A DNA stretch of 64,000 nt, taken from Octopus sinensis (lineage: Eukaryota). The notes below the pieces were generated by a model. That model saw only the letters and a program-made list of their open reading frames with translations, made no database searches and was not told where the DNA came from. Below are positions 14,577 to 26,811 of this stretch, piece after piece (position 1 is the first letter of the stretch; every line of letters starts with the position of its first letter). Location of the stretch: the NCBI RefSeq assembly GCF_006345805.1, contig NC_043002.1:71424001-71488000 (forward strand), written 5' to 3'. A program made the position numbers and the translations under genes.

Positions 14577-14820
14577 TAGTACTTATTCTATCGGTCTCTT
14601 TTGCCGAACCGCAAAGTTACGGGAACGTAAACACACCAGCATCGGTTATCAAACGATGTTGGGGGGACAAACACAGACACACAAATACACACACATACAC
14701 GCATATATATATATATATATATATAGATATATATTTAGGATAAACATAGTTCCAGGTTCAGTGGGACTGAACCTGGAACCATGTCGTTGGTAAGCAAGCT
14801 ACTTACCACACAGCCACTCC
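14577..14820 (-). mobile_element. Partial copy of the abundant SINE
   Basis: Same sequence as 7310-7735. Confidence 0.8.
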
Positions 14821-15263
14821 TACGCCTATATATATCTTTACGTAATTTCTCATCAAAATTTTTTCTCTTTCTTAAAACCCAACTTATATTTTTTGCGTAT
14901 GTACTATCGTTTCTCTGTTTTTCAGTACTACGTCTGTTATTCTGAATTAAGTAAAGGATCATGTAAGAAATATATCATGAATATAATGTGAAGATTACTT
15001 TGAAAATATTGACTGAAAATAGGTATACTGGTCATCATGACTGACAATTTCCTAACTTTTCTTTATGTCAATGAAGGAATATATAAATGCTGATCAAAGC
15101 AATTGCATTATAATTTGATGAAATTTTATAATTAATAACAGTAGGCGTTGGCAAAATTAATGCTATTCAACGTACATATGATAATGGAAATTATTATAGG
15201 AAGATATAAATGGAGATGACTGTAATAGTATAGTGGAGGGGTAAATGCTGACAGCAGCAGCAT

Positions 15264-15310
<47 letters not shown>

Positions 15311-16032
15311 GTAGTAGTAGTATAGTAGTAGTAGTAGTAGTAGTAGTAGTGGCAGGCGTATCTTACCTTCATCATATCTCCTGTGTCGGTGGTGGGGGTC
15401 ATTAAATGAGCCAACCGTTAATTAAAATATTCTGTATCTAATATATTTATTGCACGTTGTGTATGCAATTAGAAAAACTGTATTTGCTGTTATTTATTCT
15501 TGTATATAATTTAGAGTGTTTGAGTTCAAAACGCAATATGGTTGATTCAATAGATGGGCAACAAAGAAACGATGCTGCTTGGCTGATTAGATTCGGGTAT
15601 GAGATCCCAGCAAATTGTTGTCTTTGCTTTGTAATTTTAATCATTTTACTCTCTCGGTTCCACAAAGAAATCAATATTTCAAGAAAAGCAATTTCCTTAT
15701 TTAATATTTCTTATTCGCCCTCTTGTTGAAGATGCAACATACAGTAAGGAATACGAATTTCTTACGTATCAACGGTGAGAAATCATTGTAAATTATTCCT
15801 ATTCTTTTCTTAATCAAGTTTTCATGATATGAAGGATCACTTGTGTGACGATCCCTACATGATATCATCCCTAGTTTCTGACATCTAATTACGTTGTTGT
15901 GGAGAGGATGTCAGATTAAAATCTTTGCAATATAAATAAAATTTCCAACTTTAGACCGATGTTTCTCCAACTCAATGAATACATGAATATTTACATATAC
16001 ATAGACACAAAGATATATATATATTATATATA

Positions 16033-17634
16033 CAGTGGGGGAAATAAATATTCGTACATGACACAATTCTGTATTTATTTAATTACTAATGAACATAAAT
16101 GGGATATACCAATACTATATCTGCATACACATGCATAAACTAAGAATATACAAAAGAAACTAATAAATTATAGTAACTAAGGAATTAGTTAATACAATTA
16201 TAAATATTTAGGGGTGAAAAAAGTATTCGTAAGGAATAAATTTATGATTTTCTGTGCCACAAAATACTGTTAAATAATTTTTTTTTACTAGAGCTTTCTC
16301 GTTTGTTCCAATAATCTTATCAGTTGTCATTTTTAAGTGTCAAAACACTAGCTCCTTCATTCAGCATTGAGACAACATAAAGTAGTACGGTAATAATGGC
16401 GAAAATTAAAGAACTCACAAATTCAGTGTAAAACTTAATTATTGAACAATGGAAAGTAGGTAAAAGTTACAGGAAAATATCAGAGACCCTCTGTATTCTA
16501 TTTTCTACCATATCTTTATTTATTCAAAGATATTAAAAAATCGGGAACTGTTGAAAACATAAGATCTGGTGCACCACGCAAGATCTTTAAGAAAAATGAA
16601 GCGAAAAATCGGAAAAAGCGCATTGATTACCAGAAAGGAGTTGCAAGAAGATTTGTTAGCTTCAGGGACTAGTGTTACACTACGAACAATCAGCAATGAA
16701 GTTCATAGGAATGAACTGAAATCACGCTCTCCTAGAAAAACTCTGCTGTTGACTAAAAAGCATAGAGCTGCCCGTTTAAAATTTGTTTATGAACATAAAG
16801 ATTAATCTGATACATTCTGGGAAAATGTTGTATGGACAAACGAGTCGAAAATTGAATTGTCTGGATGAAATTCGCGTTGTCATGTTCGGAGGGAAAATGC
16901 TACCGCCTATTCGCCGATTCGCCGAAAAACACAATTCCTACCGTAAAGTTTGGAGGTGGTAACATCATGGTGTAGGGGTGTTTCTCTGCAAATGGTACTG
17001 GCAATTTACATGTGATAGATGGTAGAATGAATGCAGAGATGTACCAAAATACTTTGAACAATGATTTATGGGACTCTGTAGAAAAGCTCCAGCTTAGTGA
17101 AGGGTGGGTTTTACAACAGGATAAAGATCCTAAGTACACGGCAAAATCTACCAAAAAATGGATTGTCGATCACAATATAAAATTATTAGAATGGACAAGC
17201 CAGTCACCTGACTTGAACCACATTGAAAATTTGTGGCATTATTTGAAAATTAAAATTCATTCAAGCGCCCCAACGTGCATTGCAGATGTGAAGAAAATTT
17301 GTCCAGAAAATGGGAAAAAATTCCTAAAGAAACATGCGAGTGGTTGATTAAGAACTATAAGAAGAGATTGGTTGAAGTGGAACTGAATAATGGTTATACT
17401 ACGAAGTATTAAATCAGAATTATCAGTTATTTATGTTCTGTACGAATACTTTTTTCACCCCTAAATATTTATAATTGAATATAAATTCCTTAGTTACTAT
17501 ACTTTATTAGTTTCTTTTTCATATACTTAGTTTATGCATGTGTATGCAAATATAGTATTGGTATATCCCATTAATATTCATTAGAAATGAAATAAAGAAT
17601 TTTCACAAATAGGAATATTTATTTCTCCCTGCTG
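16033..17634 (+). mobile_element. Full-length Tc1-family DNA transposon with ~200-bp IR/DR terminal inverted repeats
   Basis: TA|cagtgggggaaataaatattc ... gaatattttatttctccctgctg|TA; inner DR aatatttaggggtgaaaaaagtattcgta (~16203) mirrored at ~17441-17470. Confidence 0.92.
16396..17412 (+). pseudogene. Tc1 transposase pseudogene (DD34E)
   Basis: MAKIKEL..., WTNESK (first D mutated to N), TVKFGGGNIMV*GCF, LQQDKDPKY...WTSQSPDLNHIENLW with 34 residues between D and E; several stops and frameshifts. Confidence 0.92.
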
Positions 17635-17837
17635 TATATATATATATATATATACGTGTGTGTGTGTATGTGTGTGTGTGTGTAAGTATGTATGTATGTA
17701 GGTTTATAATTAATTAAGATTCAGTTGAATTAGGTACTTAAGCTGAGGCACCATGTCAGTCCTACATTATCCACACAGCTCGAAGTAATGTAAATTTATT
17801 TGTTACCTATTTGCTTTATATATATATATATATATTA

Positions 17838-17881
<44 letters not shown>

Positions 17882-18884
17882 GTGCGTGTGGCTGGATGTA
17901 TCTAGCACTTAAATTATATACAGCGTAAGAATCACGCCATTATGTATGTGAGTTCACGCGCCTTTGTGTGCGTGTGTTTATGTCAGGTTGTTGCTGTGTA
18001 CGTATAAAAGTACTTGCGTGTATAAATACAGAGGCATGTGTATTTATATGCTTGTGTGTTCTCTGCTGCTCTGCATGTGTGTAGATAGCTGGTATTTTCT
18101 CTTTAGAAGTGAGATAACTGTTTCACCAATGGTTTATTTTACTATCATTATTATTTTTTTAAAATTCTCTCAAAACCTTATATTGAATTGCTTCTTCACC
18201 AGATAGTTACATCTCAGCAACACCTGTCAATTTTGCAATCTCAGAGGTGATATTTAGAATTTTTCTTAATACTCATATGTTTTATCTGTGACTTTTGCTT
18301 TTGTCATTCGACAGAAACATTTTTATGACTTCCATATTGTAGTAAGTTCTAACCTGCTGAATTCAATACAAAAGATTGTTTGCAAAATCTGCGTTGCCAA
18401 AACCCATTGAGAATACACGCTTCACAAATACATACTCACTTATATACATGCAATCCCATATGATTCATGAAGATGGTTATGATAAGAATGCTTGAATACA
18501 TACGAAATGAGGGAGTCAATGCGGAAAATATACGCAAATACGTTTAGCAATATATATATAATAACAATAGAAATGTAATGAAAACATGCTTATCTTCCTA
18601 GTAATATTGCATGAAATAATATAAATGTAAATCACCCGAAAACGGGTGATGCATATACATATAGATATCTGTATATGTATGTATATATATATATATATAT
18701 ATATACAGAAGCATACACGCACAGTACACTCACACACACACGCGCGCGGACACATACACACATAGATATGTATATAGATAAATAGATAGATCGTTTTATA
18801 TATATATCCACACACGGAGGGACACACATACACACGCACAGCACGCAAATACACGGACACACATACATACACACACACGCACAG

Positions 18885-18917
<33 letters not shown>

Positions 18918-19594
18918 TATATGCTTGAGTATCCTCGGCTTCGATACTAGATATCTCCTCGCGTGTATCTCTCTGGAAACATTTTTGCTATCTTTCGACA
19001 CAGTTCATATTACTTCACGTACATCTGTGGCTTTCCGACGGATTTATAAGCTAAAATTATCAACTAAGTCTTTACTGCGTTTACTAAACCAGTATCTGTC
19101 GTTATTTCACCAACAGATGACGAAGTGATATATGAGAAAACGTCTGTTTATTCCCCGACATATATTCCAATAAATATGTATGATTATTTGAGGCATATAT
19201 CAGCCTATTCCTCCTCTTTGCTTATTTCACCTAGACATGGATTAAAAAGACTGATTTATAGAAAAATGATCATGCAGTCCTTGACATATAAATTTTCAAT
19301 TAGATTTACTAGTAGTGTATCTATGTACATTAAAATATTAACCGTAAATGCATACACACAAACATGAATGAATACGTACATACATACATACTTACATACA
19401 TACTTACATACATATATACATACATACATACATATGTAAATGTATACATACATTCCAATGATGGAGCTTCGTGTCTTTGTTAGAAACCAGTTCCTTCTAC
19501 TGAGGAAGAATATAAATGATTCAATACAGAAGATACATACACATAAATGCACTCACATACATACACATAGGAGCATACATACACATACATACAC

Positions 19595-19922
19595 ATAGGA
19601 GCTCCATCTTGTCGGTTATGACGACGTGGGTCCCAGCTGATACGATCAACGGAACAGCTTGCTTGTGAAATTAACGTGCAAGTGACTGAGCACTCCACAG
19701 ACGAGTGTACCCTTAATGTAGTTCTCAGGGAGATTCAGCGTGTCACAGAGTGTAACAAGGCTGGCCCTTTGAAATACGGCTACTAATCATGATTGCCAGA
19801 TGAGTGGACTGGAACAACGTGAAATAAATTATCTTGCTCAAGGACACAGATCGTCGACGGGGATTGAACTCACGACCCTAGGATCGTGAGCGGAATGCCC
19901 TAACCACTAGGTCACGCGGCTT
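19595..19922 (-). mobile_element. tRNA-derived SINE (distinct central domain)
   Basis: Minus head gtgaagccgcgtgacctagtggttagggcattcc...gagttcaatccc; body 'ctgagaactacattaagggtacac..gtggagtgctcagtcacttgcacgttaatttcac'. Confidence 0.75.
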
Positions 19923-20067
19923 CACATATACACATATATACATACATGCATACATACATACATAAATATATATACGTACATACATACATACATACATACA
20001 TACATAAATACATAGATTCATATACACATACATACATGCATACATACATACCTAAATATATATATTT

Positions 20068-20295
20068 CTTTACTACCCACAAGGGGCTAAACACAGAGAG
20101 GACAAACAAGGACAGACAAACGAATTAAGTCGATTACAGCGACCCCAGTACGCAACTGGTACTTAATTTATCGACCCCGAAAGGATGAAAGGCAAAGTCG
20201 ACCTCGGCGGAATTTGAACTCAGAACGTAACGGCAGATGAAATACGGCCACGCATTTCGCCCGGCGTGCTAACGTTTCTGCCAGCTCGTCGCCTT
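20068..20295 (-). mobile_element. CORE-type tRNA-derived SINE
   Basis: Minus: ggcgacgagctggcagaaacgttagc...gagttcaaattccgccgaggtcgactttgcctttcatcctttcggggtcgataaattaagtaccag. Confidence 0.85.
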
Positions 20296-20376
20296 AATAT
20301 TTATACATATATACATAATATATATACATACGTACGTACATACGTACGTACATACATACATACATACATACATACA

Positions 20377-20407
<31 letters not shown>

Positions 20408-22636
20408 GGCGGAGTTTCCGACGGTATTAGAGTTTAACCAATTTATAGCCATATTTCTTCAGCTGTCATGGGTCAGTAATTTCTCCTCTAATAGACACAC
20501 ACAGACACGCACGAACACACACGCACACACACACATCTAATAAAAGTGCAGTGAAGCATGACATACTTCCTTTCAATATCCAGTCTAATACATCGCGAGT
20601 TTCCACCCTCAGAATAGGCGATTGTGTTAAATACGAGTTAATTTAAGGAAATAATAAGATTCGAATATAACGTATGGTAGTCAATGCTTTATAGAGCATA
20701 TACGCTTTTCGTAAAATCGTCGTTATTGTGATATAACAGTTGTGGAAACATTATATTATCTTGCGATCACCTTATGAGTAAAATGTTCTGATGTATCTCG
20801 GGCAACATAGTTATGGTCTTGTATAGAAAGACAGCAGGGTAAACCATAGGGCTTTAAAAAAAAATTATGTAGTCTTTTAATATCTCACCGTTTCAAACTT
20901 TTCGTATTTTCCTTTTTTTTCATTTTTTAATTTAAATTCTCTCAATTTTTACTCTTTCAATTTATCCCGTCTTGTCGAGAAGTCCTTTTGAATTTTGTTA
21001 ACTTCGTAACTTAGCTTAGCCTCTCCTGATTTATTCAGATGCAATACTTCATTCTCCTCTTTCACCTTTCAAACCACTCCTAATAACGACACCCTGTTGT
21101 CTTTCTATAATACACCTTATCAGTGTACCATAATAAATACAATGTCCCGAAGACTTAGTATATATTCCCGTTATGCAAATTATCAACGACCTTGCAGGCC
21201 GCCCAATGCTGCAAGAGGCAGAAGAAATTCGATCGGTATAACATACATTTATACATAGACAGACATATATGAGGTGATTGATTCATATTAGCAATTACAG
21301 AACATCTATTACTAACTAAAAAGTTTTATATGTATACTAGGAAATATCATATCTCTCGTTAAATCACCACTACAGCTTCAGTGATATTTAAGTTCACTGC
21401 AGCACATATTCATCAAAAAATTGTTTTCACTCTTAATAACTGAAAGTTTTTTTAATTATAAAAATATTTTTATCATTCAATATTATAATATATGTGCTTC
21501 GTAGACACGAAAAAATAAAAAATAAAAACATATTTCTATTTCGACTAAATCGTAAAACATAAATACATAAAAAAAAAACTTGAGTTCTGTTCAGCTTGCA
21601 TTATGTTAGAAATTTCTAGTGGACTTTTGCGAAAGTATAAAAACAATAGAACTAAAATAACCACAAATATACATAATATCCCTTTAGGTATTGTATAATT
21701 TATAAGAAAAAAGGTTAAATCGGCCGTGACTGTTTCTGAATAGCTCAAAGTATTGATATTATAATCGTTAGCAATTGTTCTGCCCACTCACAGTATTGAT
21801 TATAAGTATGGTACTGGTCTTGATCTTACGAAAATATATTCATGCAAAATACTAATTTCATTTCATGTTTTTCTTTTCTTTTTTTTCCTCTGAAATCATA
21901 TTTGCTGGAAATACGTATGCTATTTAGGTGGATGCAAAACAACACTAGTATAGATTTGCAATTTACTTCGAAAATATTTGTTTCAAAGAAGTGTGTATTT
22001 GTGTATTAGAATTCCTTCCTTTTTGTGCTATATTTATAGCAACAATTCCACTAGTAATTTTATACTAAACCTAATGAAATAAATGAAATCATTGAAAGAA
22101 TTCATTCAGATTTTAGTCAAAATTGTAGGTTACCTTAGCACCGGGTTGATGTAAAATACAATCGTACCATCAAAATTTGAGTTTTCACCTCCATATACAA
22201 CATGCGTGTATCAGTTTCTCATTACCTTTAACAGGAGACGAAAAGACAATATATTTGAAATCGATCAGTATCAAGGCAATATAATTATTTGATATTAAAA
22301 ACAATTACTTTAAGGCGTTGGTGTGTTGTTAAGAATTTCGATCTCGCCCATATGATTTTTGATTCGTTTCCGCTGCACGATACCTTGCGCAAGTGTCTTC
22401 TAGTGTTTTCTACTACGGTCATGAATGAATTTCGTCGACGAAAACTGCTAGGAAATCCGACGAATATTTGTGTATATATACGTGTCTGTGTGTGCGCGCA
22501 CGCATGAGTTTCATATGAGCTACTTTAACTTTCATGTGTGCATGTTTTTATCTTCCAATCATTTCAAAACTGTTTGTTTACATCGCCGTTACAGACATTT
22601 AGCAAGCGTTTATATACATACATACATACACACACA

Positions 22637-22691
<55 letters not shown>

Positions 22692-22693
<2 letters not shown>

Positions 22694-24800
22694 TAAGAAA
22701 GTTTGTTTGGTAAAGCACGTGGGTGAATATATAAGAAAATAGTAAAGTGTGAAAAAACGACAGAAGGCTTAAATGTTAAAATATATATATATTTGTGTCA
22801 AAATGTCTGGAGAATATTGGAAAAATTTTTTTTCCCTTTCCTTAAAATGACATAATTTTAAAATTTTTAAAGAAATTACCGGTTTCGCGTGTAGCTTTTC
22901 AAATTTCTTGTGACGTTATGTTATATTGCATGGAATTATCGTTGTTTTTATTTCCAGGAGATTTCTAAATAAGGGGAGGTAGTGAGTGATTTTTTCCGGT
23001 GTAGGGGAGATAATCGCTTAAAAATTTTTTTTCCCTTTTCCTTGTTAATTTCTCTGTGTCAGTATGTTCGGATGGTTGAGTCTGGGTTTGTACTTTTCAA
23101 TGAAGAATGTTTCCTTGTTCAGTCTCATTTGTGTTGATGATCCGAAAGCACATTGGTAAAATGGGAAGATTAAAAAATTTTGGCAGTAGTTGCTTTGCGC
23201 ATTTCTCAATGTGCTCACTAAAAGGTATCATTCTATATTCTGGGAATGCAATCTGTTGTCGATGCAGTGTGCATCTGCGCCTGAGTGATAGTCCCGTGGA
23301 ACCCACGTAGTCTTGGTGGCAGCCCGAGCATTTAATAACATAAATTGGTTTTCAGAGGCACAAGTAAAGTTAGATTTGATCTTTAATTTCTGTCCCTCTT
23401 TAAAGAAGAATTCTGATCCTTCCAATAGGTAGGACATGTTGCACAGTTCGATCTACCACATTTTTTTACTTTGCATCGTAATTTTTAGAAGACAATTTTG
23501 CCTTTGTGAGAATCTTTTTAAGTGATTTAGGCTGTTTGTAGCTTTTAATGATTTGGTGTATGTTTAGAATTCCTTTAATTTTGGGTTTTTATGAAGTATT
23601 GGAAATCTGGGTGATGATGGTGAAGGCTTCTTTGTTTCTGGGGTTGTATGTAGATTTGAAGGTAGTATTTCGGGGAAGGTGTGTTGTGTGTTGAACTTTC
23701 TTAAAGTTCTATGTTGATTTCTGTTGCACGTCTGATCCCATCCTCTATGAGTTGAGCTGGGTAATGTCTGTCAATTAGGGTGTTTTTGATTCTTGCAGTC
23801 TAAAGTTCCTGGTATTTTGTTCTGACACTATTGTGCATATCCTTCTTGCAAGGTTGAAGGGGATGTTTGTTTTAGTGTCTGGGGTGCATGAATTAAAAAG
23901 AAGGTATTGTTTGCGTCTGTGGCTTTGTAAAATATGTCTGTTTCTATTTTAAGGTGTTTTTTTAATTAGTATATCCAAGAACGGGAGCTCCTTTTGGTTG
24001 TATTCCATTGTGAACTGTATATTTGGGTTTATGCTGTTCAATAGGTTTTTAAATTGTAGGAGTTTTCTATGTTTTTCATTCCAGAGAATGAAACAATCGT
24101 CTAGGAATCGTTTCCAATTCTCTGTTATGTATTGAGAGAGGGAGTTCCAAAGATTGATAGAAATTCCTGGTAAATGATATTTCCATGTATCCCATTGTTA
24201 AGTCGCAATGACTGGTGCTGCCCTTGTACCATAGCAATTCCGGATTTTTGACGGTATTAAATGTATTGTCAAACATGAAGTGGTTATGTGTGTAGGATGA
24301 ATTCAATTGATTAGTAATGAATTCCTTACTGATCCTGTTTGGTATTTCTTCCGGAAATTGTATGAACCAGAATTGTATTGCCTCCAGTCCATAATATGAG
24401 ATATAATGGTACCAATTGACTAATCAAATGAAACCAGGTTTGTTTCTTCCTTGGTTTTTTTTGGAAGGTGGTTTAACATATCTAAGTCAGTCTCTGATAT
24501 GGCTATCGATATGTTTAAGGAAGGGTTTCAAGAGGATGTCCATAAGTAGACTTAGTCTGTGTGTTTCACAGGTTGGGCCAGCTACAATGGGTCGTAGTTT
24601 TAGGTCCCCCGGATTAGGTGGGTGTATGTATGTCTTTGGTGATTTTTTAATGGTTCATTTATAATTTGACTTTTATGAATTTTTGGCAGACCATAGAAAA
24701 GCTAGGTTTGCATTTAAAGTTTGTAGGAAATCAATCTCTTTGGTTGTCAGTTCCTTTTCATGGTTTTAATTAGTGAAGATAGAGTTTCATTATTTTTTGT
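22692..24800 (-). mobile_element. Penelope-like element, 5'-truncated (RT core, GIY-YIG endonuclease, pseudo-LTR), left arm
   Basis: Minus translation with frameshifts: GRPIVAGPTCETHRLS..., THNHFMFDN, IAM...LTMGYMEI, NWKRFLDDCFILW, PFLDIL, YVG-type GIY-YIG 'CHQDYVGSTGLSLRRRCTLHRQQI'. Confidence 0.92.
22870..22909 (-). ncRNA. Minimal type I hammerhead ribozyme motif, U3:A8 variant
   Basis: aagaaat-TTGAAAA-gc tacac gc-GAAAC CG GTA-atttctt: 7-bp stem I, 2-bp stem II, palindromic ACCGGT stem III. Confidence 0.6.
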
Positions 24801-24828
24801 GGGGTTGTAGTTGGTAATTTTTCATAAT

Positions 24829-26197
24829 GACGATTGTTTCATTCTCTGGAATGAAAACATAGATAAACTCCTAAAATTTAAAAACCTATTGAACAGCATA
24901 AACCCAAATATACAGTTCAAATGGAATACAACCAAAGGGCTCCCGTTCTTGGATATACTAATTAAAAAATTAACCTTAAAAAGAAACAGACATTTTTTAC
25001 AAAAGCCACAGACGCCAAACAATACCTTCTTTTTAATTCATGCCACCCAAGACACACTAAAACAAACATCCCTTCAACCTTGCAAGAAGAGATGCACAAT
25101 AGTGTCAGAACACAAATACCAGGAACTTTAGACTGCAAGAACTCAAAAACACCCTAATTGACAGACATTACCCAGCTCAACTCATAGAGGATGGGATCAG
25201 ACGTGCACAGAAATCAACATAGAAACTTTAAGAAAAGTTCAACACAACAACACACTTTCCCCGAAAATACTACCTTACATATCTACATACAACCCCAGAA
25301 CAAAGAAGCCTTCACCATCATCACCCAGAATTTACCAATACTTCATAAAAACCCAAAATTAAAGGAAATTCTAAACATACACCAAATCATTAAAAGCTAC
25401 AAACAGCCTAAATCACTTAAAAAGATTCTCACAAAGGCAAAATTGTCTTCTAAAACGGATGCAAAGTAAAAAAATGTGGTAGATCGAACTGTGCAACATG
25501 TCCTAACCTATTGGAAGGATCAGAATTCTTCTTTAAAGAGGGACAGAAATTTAAGATCAAATCTAACTTTACTTGTGCCTCTGAAAACATAATTATGTTA
25601 TAAATGCGGGGCTGCCACCAAGACTACGTGGGTTCCACGGGACTATCTACTCAGGCGCAGATGCACACTGCATCGACAACAGATTGCATTCCAGAATATA
25701 GAATGATACATTTTAGTGAGCACATGAGAAATGCGCAAAGCAACTACTGCCACAATTTTAATTCTTCCCTTTTACCAATGTGCTTTCGGATCATCAACAC
25801 AAATGAGACTGAACAAGAAAACATTCTTCATTGAAAAGTACAACCCAGACTCAACATCCGAACATACTGACACAGAGAAATAACAAGGAAAAGGGAAAAA
25901 AAAATTTTTAAGCGATTATCTCCCTACACCGGAAAAAAATCACTCACTACCCACTTATTAGAAATCTCCTGGAAATAAAAACAACGATAATTCCATGCAA
26001 TATAAACATAACGTCACAAGAATTTTGAAAAGCTACACGCGAAACCGGTAATTTCTTTAAAAATTTTAAAATTATGTCATTTTAAGGAAAGGGAAAAAAA
26101 AATTTTTCCATATTCTCCAGACATTTTGACATAAATATATATATTTTTAACATTTAAGCCTTCTGTCGTTTTTTCACACTTTACTATTTTCTTATAT
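24829..26197 (+). mobile_element. Penelope-like element inverted copy, right arm (starts at the RT catalytic DD)
   Basis: DDCFILWNENIDKLLKFKNLLNSINPNIQF..., LPFLDIL, CGRSNCATCPNL, YVINAGLP/CHQDYVGST; reverse complement of 22728-24101. Confidence 0.92.
26018..26057 (+). ncRNA. Minimal type I hammerhead ribozyme motif, U3:A8 variant
   Basis: aagaatt-TTGAAAA-gctacacgc-GAAACCGGTA-atttctt (one stem I mismatch). Confidence 0.55.
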
Positions 26198-26238
26198 ATA
26201 TATATATATATATAGTAAATGACAGACGAAAGATGGAA

Positions 26239-26289
<51 letters not shown>

Positions 26290-26370
26290 GCTTTCGGTGC
26301 GAATGGCTTTTTTTATAAGACGCCGTTTTTACAATCCTGTAAATAATAATAATAGTATATTTTTAAATAA

Positions 26371-26614
26371 GCTTATAGCGATTTTCGTGCAATGACTAAG
26401 GAAAGTAGTCTAATAATGTGGCATATAAGCCCTCGAGAGAAAAACGACCGCTTTCCTATCTGCGTGGGAGTTGAACCCACACCCCTTTGTTTACGCTACT
26501 AAGTGTGTTACCTTTACACCAGTGAATCAGCCTCCCTTTTTGACGCTGTCGAGCGCTTATATGTCACTTTATTAGAGTATTTTCCTTAGACATTGCACGG
26601 TGATCGCCATAAGC
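26371..26614. mobile_element. Degenerate foldback (66-bp imperfect arms) enclosing a tRNA-like sequence
   Basis: Arms at ~26371-26436 and ~26549-26614; the minus-strand interior has tggtgtaaagg (A box) and ggttcaactcc (B box). Confidence 0.55.
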
Positions 26615-26624
26615 TTTAAGCAAA

Positions 26625-26768
26625 TATAAAGAACTAGCAGTATAACTGGATTTCCCCGGGATGAAGTTAAGATTATTAAGCTAATCAAGTTCATTATTTC
26701 AAACCACACTAAGTAACATCGAGATCAAACTTGGGTAATATCCGTTGAAATTGGTTTAAATATATAAG

Positions 26769-26811
<43 letters not shown>

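Noticed and set aside
18203-18246. Isolated plus-strand micro-exon candidates (also 10951-10996, 14926-14962)
   Set aside because: Short AG/GT-bounded open stretches are expected by chance; they could not be chained into a recognisable protein.
26470-26530. Possible tRNA gene (also 60744-60808 and the SINE heads)
   Set aside because: A and B boxes are present but the acceptor and anticodon stems do not pair; treated as tRNA-derived.
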